NCBI RefSeq assembly: GCF_006345805.1
Contig: NC_043004.1
Location: 84,320,001-84,384,000, forward strand
Source: Octopus sinensis
Lineage: Eukaryota
Direction of reading: 5' to 3'
DNA: 64,000 nt
Positions 53,536 to 64,000 of this stretch are shown here, one piece after another (within the stretch, counting starts at the first letter, position 1; the number at the start of each line of letters is the position of its first letter). Position numbers and translations under genes: made by a program. The notes under the pieces were generated by a model, which did not search any database, was not told the origin of the DNA, and saw nothing but the letters and a program-made list of their open reading frames with translations.

Positions 53536-54170
53536 TTTAATTTTTGATTAGGTTGAATATAATTTTGGAGAGCATTTTATAAATGAATGTTAAAAACTTA
53601 GTTATATGTCGCCATGGATACTGCCGTTAACCTACTTCTGCGGTGATAGTGTATAACGTAATCTGGTAGTTACAGTATATCACAATACAACCAGAAAAAA
53701 AAAACATTTTAATGTTATCAATACCATAAGTTTTTCAATTTTAGCTTTTTCATAGAAGTCTCAATGCAAATAATTTACTCTCTCTGTAGATAATCCCCAT
53801 GCAACCTTTGATTTATTGCCGAAACATAATCTTTCAGATCAACTGTCGTTATTTGTTTTACTTAACTTCAAATTCAGATAAGCGTTTCCAAATTCCATTT
53901 TTTTAAACGTGTTTTGAAAGTTTCTTATTTCCTTTTATGTGTATACCACATATGATTTGTATGGTTTCTTTCAAAGGGGTATATTTCAAGAAAGCTTTAC
54001 ATTTCCAAAGTAAAAAAATTGTAAATCTAATATAAAATGAGGTTCGTTTTTGAGCGTTTGTAATTTTTTCTCATCTATATAATACACTAGCTTACCATAA
54101 GAAGTGTATTTTTACAAACCTTCCCAGAAGGGCCACCTTTCTTCCGAGTTAATATATATGGTTTTATTTA

Positions 54171-54766
54171 AGGCGGAGAGCTGGCAGAAACGTTAGCGCG
54201 CCGGGTGAAATGCTTAGCGGTATTTTGTCTGCGTTACGTTGTGAGTTCAAATTCCGCCGAGGTCGACTTTGCCTTTCATCCTTTCGGGGTCGATAAATTA
54301 AGTACCAGTTAAGCACTGGGGTCGATGTAATCGACTTAATACCTATGTCTGTCCTTGTTTGTCCTGTCTCTGTTTAGCCCCTTGTGGATAATAAAGAAAT
54401 AGGTATTTTGTCTGTCGTTTCGTTGTGAGTTCAAATTCCGTCGAGGTCCACTTTGCCTTTCATCCCTTCGGGGTCGATAAATTAAGTACCAGTTACCCAC
54501 TGGGGTCGAGGTAATCAACTTAATACTTATGTCTGTCCTTGTATGTCCCTTCTATGTTTATCCCCTTGTGGGAAATAAAGAAATAGGTATTTCGTCTGTC
54601 GTTACGTTCTGAGTTCATATTCCGCCGAGGTCGACTTTGCTTTTCATCTTCTCGGGATCGATAAATAAAGTACCATTTTCACACTGGGTCGGTGTAATCG
54701 ACTTAATCCATTTGTCTGTCCTTGTTCGTCCCCTCTGTGGGTAACTCCATGTAGGTAGTAAAGAAA
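54171..54766 (+). mobile_element. SINE family B (Nin/Deu-domain-like) head-to-tail trimer
   Basis: One tRNA-like head plus three ~183-bp units containing gtcgactttgcctttcatcctttcggggtcgataaattaagtacc. A 20-bp TSD aatatatatggttttattta lies at 54151-54170 and 54765-54784. Confidence 0.93.
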
Positions 54767-57016
54767 TATATATGGTTTTATTTAGCTTTCTTGTCCTCTA
54801 TTTTGGTACGTTTCTTCTAATGATATATTTTCCTGTCACCAGTTGTATTGTTGTGAGTATTGAAAGCATATAAAAATAAATTTATTTATTTCACGCAACT
54901 AGAAATAATTGAATTTAATAATTTTAGATTTCGAGTGGTTTAAAGCTCCCTGCCATCTTATATTATAGTTTTGTGAAATGACGTGGTGTTCAGCGGATGT
55001 AATTTATCTTCTTATACTTCACGTGTAAGATCAGCTACTCGTTCTCTCTATGGTGTGTCATGGAAATTGAAGGAGCATAGTGATACAAAACGTGTGCTGC
55101 TTCAGTAAAAGCGGGATATTTGCATGTAGCCTTAGTATGGTCCATGCAAAAAACAAAATAGTTATTTCGCTCATGATTTCATGGAACACATGAATCGCAA
55201 CGCGAGTATATCTGAGAGAAATGACTGAGAGAGGTTTTCCGAAAACCTCAGTTTTGTAGATGCCTATATATGTCGCCCAATGGCAGAACGAGACAACTAG
55301 CCACTAGTAAAACTGTATCCTTGTCACAGCTAGGTTAGTACTGAGGAAGATATGAGGAGCATACAGGCAAAAATATACAATTTTCAAAAGATCTCATGTT
55401 TAACCATACAGGGAAGCACCGAAATTATTGGTGAATGCAACTCATTGTCGTCCCAAGATCCTTTAAGTGGAATGTTTTCTCTATCTTAACCAGCAATAAC
55501 AGATTTTCGTATTTTGATAAAAGAAGTATAGAAAATATCGGACATGACGCGAAACTTGCTGATAAAACAGAGAAAAACTGTCCAGTGAAATCAAGTTGAA
55601 TCCAACTGTGAGTAGGCAATGGACGAAGGCTTGACGAATGGTTTGCCTTTCATAGTCATCCGAAAAACGAATGATTGCTTCGTGAGAATGCTTTCTTCAT
55701 TGTCTTGGACTACCAGTATAGAATACAGGTATATACTCGACATATTTAAAAACATCTTCTTGTAATGAATTCCATTATAATTTTCGCTGTATTATATTCT
55801 CATACATCTTTGTCACTTGATTTTAATTTTGATTTAGTCTATGTGTAAGGACATATTGAAGGCCCCTTTTTTACGTTTTACTCCAGAATGTTTCTATATT
55901 TCCTTCACTTTGTATAATTTTGCTTTCATGGTTTTACGATTTTATTCTCTGCCAACACCTTCTAACAATAAGTCAAGTCACTTCATCTTGATCAAATAGC
56001 GCGATTGCTTGTTTTTCCCCTAACCTTTATATCCCAAGATAATTTACATTTCACCTGTTTACTTCATAATCACTTTGTTATATTAAGATACTATTCGGAA
56101 CTAAGTTCATGCTTTCATTTCATATTTACTTTCAGCTGTACAAACCGATGAATAAATTTAATGCTGTATACTGTATTTTTCCTGAATTTACATTCTAATT
56201 CATCATACACGCTTTGTTTGTGTACTTCTATTACGTCTCTCGGGATATATTTGTACAGTAGTGACCCCGTGTTTACACCGTCATCAATCTGTGCAACAAT
56301 TACGACTTCACCCTTTTTTTTTAATTCTCGTCTGTCCTATTTTCTAATTCATTGCGTTTATTAATTTTTGTCAGCGTTAATGATTATTTAATATAATGTT
56401 AGTTTTCAATGCTCTGATATAGATGGCTGTTTCTTCTTTATTGTTTTTCTCAACATTGATATGCAGAGGAGAGTGTTCTACGCGCTGAAGAATATTTCTT
56501 AGCCAGTATTCTGCTTTGGTATTAGTAAGCGTACGTTTCGTTGCCTTATTTCTGTTAGTTTTCTGTGCTTTCCATATCGTTTTTCAGTCCTTTTGTTTTG
56601 TTGTGTCAGTAAACTGTAGGAGCGCTCAATATACAACATATACTTATGACTTAACCTCCTTTCAGTGTAAGGTATTTCTTATTTAATTTTTAAAAATTCT
56701 TGTGGAGTCATTTGGAACGCATGCAGGGAGCATTGACCTAATTTGTGATGGATTTAATGACATGCATGCGCGCCAACTTTTGGGATATGCTCAGTGGCCT
56801 TGGTGATGTGTAGCTCTCGAATGTATGCATGAACATACAGTCGATATGGTCCACAGAATATGTTCATGGATCTTGAGAACCTTTCAGACAAGAGATGATG
56901 AAACCTTTACAATTTTCTTCACCATGTTTACTCAATCCCACCTTGAATACTGCTGCCCATTGTTCCTCTGCCCAAACAAAATAAGATATATTAGGGATTG
57001 AAGATCCACAGAGATA

Positions 57017-57072
57017 AGCCGACCAATGCCTTGTGAATGGATTTGGTAGACAGAAACTGAAAGCATCTCGTC

Positions 57073-57114
<42 letters not shown>

Positions 57115-57340
57115 ATATATATAATATACATGTTTGTGTGTGTGTGTGTGTTGTGTGTGTGTGAGTGTGTGCGCGCGTGTGTGTTTGCGTGCCTGTGTTT
57201 CTCCCCCAAGCTCGCTTGACAACCGATACTGATGTGTTTACGTCCCCGCAAACAGTAAGTCCTGGGGTCGATTTCATTTAATAAAGGCGGTGCTCCAGCA
57301 TGGCCGCAGTCAAATGACTGAAACAAGTGAAAGAGTAAGT
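57017..57340 (+). mobile_element. SINE family A, 5'-truncated with an internal deletion (3' half repeated at 58120-58280)
   Basis: gccgaccaatgccttgtga...ttgacaaccgatactgatgtgtttacgtcccc..ggcggtgctccagcatggccgcagtcaaatgactgaaacaag. Confidence 0.85.
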
Positions 57341-57881
57341 AGCAGGTACAACGACGAAAAGCTCAATGTGTCTCAGCCAAGAACAACACTTTCCTCAAGT
57401 TGTCCATTTTATCGCGACAGTTAACGTAAAGAATTATCCGAATCTTCAAAGAATCCTTTGTTCTTGGCTTGGGGCGCAATTGGCTGAAGCCAACCTAAGG
57501 CATCTGAATCATCTAAGTTACGCAGCTTCCTAAATAACGATTATGTTGATATAGTATATGTTATTTATATATACAGTATCTTTCTTGATGGAAATCAAGA
57601 CTTAGTAATTTATGTATTGAATATGCAACGAGAATCACCCTAATATTACCGCAATAAAATAACGTGTTCTTATTATATGACTATATTTCGTCTTCTTCTT
57701 CCTCTTCTTTTTCTTCCTCTTCTTCTTCTTCTTCATCTCCTTCTTCCTCCTCCCCTTATTCTTCTTCTTCTTTTCTTCTTCTTCTTCTTCTTCTTCTTCT
57801 TCTTCTTCTTCTTCTTCGTTTTCTTCTGTCTTGCCTCCCTCTCATTCTCCCTCTCGCTTCCTCTCTCTGTGTATGTATGTA

Positions 57882-57957
<76 letters not shown>

Positions 57958-58000
57958 GTATATAAATATATATGTATATATATATATGCATATATATATG

Positions 58001-58035
<35 letters not shown>

Positions 58036-58070
58036 TATATATATATTATATATATATGTATATATATATA

Positions 58071-58106
<36 letters not shown>

Positions 58107-58821
58107 TGTGTGCGCGCGTGTGTGTTTGCGTGCCTGTGTTTCTCCCCCAAGCTCGCTTGACAACCGATACTGATGTGTTTACGTCCCCGCAAACAGTAAG
58201 TCCTGGGGTCGATTTCCTTTAATAAAGGCGGTGCTCCAGCATGGCCGCAGTCAAATGACTGAAACAAGTGAAAGAGTAAGTAGCAGGTACACGACGAAAA
58301 GCTCAATGTGTCTCAGCCAAGAACAACACTTTCCTCAAGTTGTCCATTTTATCGCGACAGTTAACGTAAAGAATTATCCGAATCTTCAAAGAATCCTTTG
58401 TTCTTGGCTTGGGGCGCAATTGGCTGAAGCCAACCTAAGGCATCTGAATCATCTAAGTTACGCAGCTTCCTAAATAACGATTATGTTGATATAGTATATG
58501 TTATTTATATATACAGTATCTTTCTTGATGGAAATCAAGACTTAGTAATTTATGTATTGAATATGCAACGAGAATCACCCTAATATTACCGCAATAAAAT
58601 AACGTGTTCTTATTATATGACTATATTTCGTCTTCTTCTTCCTCTTCTTTTTCTTCCTCTTCTTCTTCTTCTTCATCTCCTTCTTCCTCCTCCCCTTATT
58701 CTTCTTCTTCTTTCTTCTTCTTCTTCTTCTTCTTCTCTTCTTCTTCTTCTTCTCGTTTTCTTCTGTCTTGCCTCCCTCTCATTCTCCCTCTCGCTTCCTC
58801 TCTCTGTGTATGTATGTATAT

Positions 58822-58891
<70 letters not shown>

Positions 58892-58934
58892 GTATATAAA
58901 TATATATGTATATATATATATGCATATATATATA

Positions 58935-58977
<43 letters not shown>

Positions 58978-59035
58978 ATATATATATATGTATATATATA
59001 TACACATGTATCCGTATATATGCATGATGTATATG

Positions 59036-59071
<36 letters not shown>

Positions 59072-59072
59072 A
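57155..59072. repeat. ~941-bp near-identical tandem duplication
   Basis: gtgtttgcgtgcctgtgtttctcccccaag occurs at 57181 and 58122. The unique portions are almost base-identical, and the breakpoints lie in (TA)n(TG)n. Confidence 0.95.
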
Positions 59073-59786
59073 GTAGATACAGAAACCACATACACATGTA
59101 TAAATCTCATGTAAAAAAGTATATATAAACACATACACATTCACCGGTCCACATATACGACCATTCACATACATAAACAAAAACTAAACATGATAAAACT
59201 GTGTAAATGAAAGCAATCTCGATAGATTGCCAAAAAAAAAAAAACCACTTCAACATAAAGGTTAAACATTGTAAAAGTTGTTTTTATCAATCATTGCAGA
59301 AAACGGAATTATTTCCTAATATAAGGAACAAGAGCAACAAAGATGTAACAGAAAAAAAAACATCAATGGAATCACGTAATATCTTTAAAAAAAGGGACAA
59401 GGAAACGTCAGTGTAATACATCACAAGAACATAGAATAACACTATCTTTTTATCGGCATACATTGACCTACCATACTATGAAGTTTGCCAGTACATACAT
59501 AAATAGATGCCTGCCTACCAACCCTCCTACCTACCTGCATACCTATCTACCTACCTACCAACATACATACATGTACACACATATATATATATATATACAT
59601 AGATATTTCTATGTATGTGTATGTGTGTGTGTGTGCGTGTGGGTGTATATATATGCACATATATGTACATTTAAATACATATATAAATATAAATGTATAT
59701 ATATATATATATGTCTATATATATGTATATATATGTATATATATATTATATATACATATAAACATGTGTATATATGTACGTAAATA

Positions 59787-59826
<40 letters not shown>

Positions 59827-59898
59827 CTATTAATCTATCTATATTTATATCTGTGCCTCTTTCTCTCTTTCGATGTGTGTGTATATAAATATATATAT

Positions 59899-59968
<70 letters not shown>

Positions 59969-60915
59969 GTAAACGCCATTAAATTATTGATGCTGTAAAT
60001 GACTTTCTGATATTTGTGGAGGCAATCTTTTTCTTAAGTAATATAATGGATATTACACTTAAGAAGAAATGCCTCCGAAAGTGGTATTAGAAAGAAAATA
60101 TAGGAAAATAATCCAACACTGTCGTCTTAAGTAGTTGTCAAGATGTGTACTTTACGAGGATTTTACCGCATTCTATACCGGCAGAATCATCAGCACAGCG
60201 GACAGTATATTTCGCTGCATTTACGTTCTGAGTTCAAATGCCTCTTCGGGGTTGAGGAATTATATACCGATTTAACACTGGGATAGATGTAGTCGACTAA
60301 AACTCTCCTGCTAAAATTCGACATTTGTGTCCATAGTAGAAAATATTATGTAACATAACTGTTAGGAAGAGAGACCGCAGAATCTTTAGCACGGTAGAGA
60401 AAATGCGAGCTCTACTTCAATCGTCTTAACGTTATCAGATCAAATTTCGCATTACCTTTCCTCCTAACGAGGTTGAGAGAATACGTACCAGTTAATGATT
60501 GGGAGTGATAGTGTCGACTAGTGCACGTTCCCAAAATTTCAGGCATTGCCCCTATATGATGAAGAATAATTGTAGGTATCTGTGTATAGAAATCGTAGTT
60601 TCAATTCCTTACTAAGTTTTGCTATTTTCTCTTGGGCGACACATTCGTCTTACGTTGCTCTGCGATATCTTCGACACCTGAAGTGTGGTATAACGTGCAG
60701 CTATTCAGGCAAAGTTGATTTGATGTAGTGAATGAGCAAATATACAACATATGTATTTCATCACTATGCACAAATCATTTCTGCAGGTAATTTTGCAAAA
60801 GCTATACACAGAAACGTCCTTTCGACACACCAGCAAAACACACACTGACAGATAGACAAACGGAGTGACAGAAACGCAGGCAGATAGACAAATAGATATA
60901 TAGAAAGATAGATAC

Positions 60916-60983
<68 letters not shown>

Positions 60984-61037
60984 GAGACGACAGATAGATA
61001 GTCAGATAGACAGTAAGGCAGAGAGATAGATAGTTAC

Positions 61038-61080
<43 letters not shown>

Positions 61081-61684
61081 ATATTATATATATATACATG
61101 TATACACATGCATACAGTGAGACATCCATTAGCGTATTAATATTTTAAGACAAAACCATACAACTCTTAATATACGTATGATGGTTGGCAATATAAATAA
61201 ATATACGTCATGTGATGGTTATTTTTTCCCCAATAAGAAATAAACAAAAATCATGTTTTTCCCTTTACTATGTTTGTATTCATCTAAGATCTTCTGCACA
61301 CATCTAAGTGATGAAGATAACTCGTTAAATCGAAATGATTTTTAGATCCAATTTGTAATATATCGAACAATAAATTAATCCGAAATTACAAATGCTCGTG
61401 GATTCGCTCAAACGCCGATGCTGCTTGAATGGCACTGAAAGGAGTAAACATCAAAATATCAGTAGAAATTGCAATAGAATTACAATTTATCAAATATTAT
61501 AGGAACAAATCGCCAAATAATGGCATTGTATATCAATTGATTATTAAGAATGAGTCGAATCTTCGTTCTTAAAGTAGGGCAGCAATGAAAACATCCTCTG
61601 CTTCAAATCTGTTCCGAAAGAGTTACGGAGTAAATTTTATACCAATGAAGGTGATCTCAACCTACAGAACAGGTGTAGACTATC

Positions 61685-61715
<31 letters not shown>

Positions 61716-62016
61716 ATATATATATTATATATAATATATATATATATAATATATATATGTATATGTATATGTATATATATATATAGTATATGTATATATA
61801 TATATATATGTATATACTTTACTTAAGAGCAGTAGAAACATATCAAAAGCTGTTCCTCAGAGTTTTAAAAACATTTCAGACTAACGGGAACGTGAACCTC
61901 TGAGAGGCAACTTTTGTCATATTTCTGCTACTTTTAAAGAAAGCATATTAATCCATCACTGGTATTTGAGTACTCTTTTTTCCACCTTGTTTCACATTAT
62001 GTGCTTACTCCGATAT

Positions 62017-62119
<103 letters not shown>

Positions 62120-62729
62120 TATATAATATATATATATATATGTATATATATACACATATATATATTTATGTATTAATTGACTAACGTGCACATGATCATG
62201 TATGAATTGGTTGCAGTTGAACTAAGAAAGCTGAGATTCCAATATGCCGACATTTTAAAGGTGAGAGATAGTTGACGATATGTTGTGGAATGCCTAATAA
62301 TAGAACCAAAGGCCTGGATCGTCGTAAATGGGATTTCTTTGAACATGATATACTGGGAATTAAACATGGCTTCATTCATCTCGGTATGTATCTTTTATCT
62401 CGATCTGTTTCCTCTTCTTGATCCATGTCATTGAAAACGAGCTGTATATTTGAATATCGTTTTAGATCTCCAGAATGTTGAATACCAACACTTCACACAT
62501 TCACACATGCAATTAAACTCGGACACATACATGCGCGTGCGTGCACATAAACACTCAGAGAATTACACTCACCACACTTACATACGCGCATTGAAACACA
62601 AATGCAGAATAGGACATGCCAACTCAACATCTATTCCTTCAACATCGTCCCGTAGTGTGTTCCTGTGTATTCTTCTGTAAGTAATTAATATCTATACATA
62701 TACGTATGTTTGTATGTGTGCGTATTTTA

Positions 62730-62780
<51 letters not shown>

Positions 62781-62843
62781 TTATAGATATTTATAGATAG
62801 ATAGATAGATACATACATACATAGATATTTACATATATAAATA

Positions 62844-62898
<55 letters not shown>

Positions 62899-64000
62899 AT
62901 ATATATATATATGTACATATATATATATATATATATATGTATACACACATACATATACATATATGTGTTCATCTATATATGCGCACGTGTGTGTCTAGGT
63001 ATGGTTTTTATATATATTATGTATCTGAACGATAATGAAGAAAGGTGGGTGTTGAGGATTTAGATACACAAAAAGACAGGTTTTGTTCTTTAATCCTTGA
63101 ATCTTAAAATCTATCGGAATTCATATGCAAATTATTTTCCCCGTTTTCACTTCTCTTTCATGATGTAATGCATTTAATAATGGTTTTCCATTTGCAGAGC
63201 ACATTCATGTGTGCACGCAACATGTGCCTATCCGAAACCTCATGCACACATCACCACGCACTCATGCAGAAAAATACTCACGCAAACGCATGGGGGTTTT
63301 ATATGCAAAACACATTTATAATCCGAATTATGTCAGATATAAAACGTGACTATAATTATTTTTCAACCATTTTCTATACAACTGCTACGTCGCTTTTCGT
63401 GAAAGAGCGAACATGATAAATATATGGATATATTCATATTCAACATCTTTATAATATATTTCTCGTTTAACAGCTCAGAGCTTTTCCCTGTGCCTTGTGA
63501 CATCTTGCATGCAACATGTTACACTACTATATGTCTGTGTGCGCCACTGTTTGGAGATAGATGAAAAGTTAAAGCTAGGAAATCTTAACGTTTAACAAAA
63601 TTAATTGATCACTACACATGGGAGCCATTATTTTTATTGGACATCTGTTGTTCGTAAGATTACAGAACATAAGAAATTCAAAGATCCAATAGTAATGAAA
63701 AATGAGTTTGAAATGAAACAAGATTTCAGATTGTAAAATGGTATGCAAAATAAGGGAAAGGGAGTAATACTAATATATTTCCCTCTCTTATGAAGTTCAT
63801 TCTGTATCATGCATTATAAGCATTATTTTTTAGTTGATTGAATGCATAGCAGTGCATTTAAGACGTTCAATTGGCGACAATGGGGTTTCCGATTCAGATC
63901 CACTACCCAACATCTGTGGGCAGTGTCTCAGTGTCTTCTAACATGAACCCGCGCAGAGCGATGGATTTTTGACTGAATATTTGACACGGAACTATGTGGA

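Overview
AT-rich, repeat-dense animal (eukaryotic) DNA. The SINE families and extreme (TA)n/(CA)n/(GATA)n/(AAT)n content suggest an octopus or other coleoid cephalopod, which is an inference. I cannot support any host protein-coding gene, and nearly all ORFs in the track are microsatellite translations (YI/CV/HT/LSIY runs). Supported content: (1) a complete 2.37-kb hAT (Buster/Charlie-type) DNA transposon at 23403-25772 with TIRs and an 8-bp TSD, whose transposase is broken only by five single-base deletions in homopolymer runs; (2) two 3' fragments of R4/Dong-type RLE LINEs and a non-autonomous repeat family in (AAT)n tracts; (3) a CR1/L2-type 3' end; (4) dozens of tRNA-derived SINE copies from at least three families, including dimers and trimers with a single TSD; (5) Penelope-type remnants, many inside (TA)n, several carrying minimal hammerhead-ribozyme motifs and inversion structures; (6) a near-identical ~941-bp tandem duplication and a perfect 22-bp hairpin. 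Coordinates were counted by hand, and repeat edges are approximate to within about 10-20 bp.
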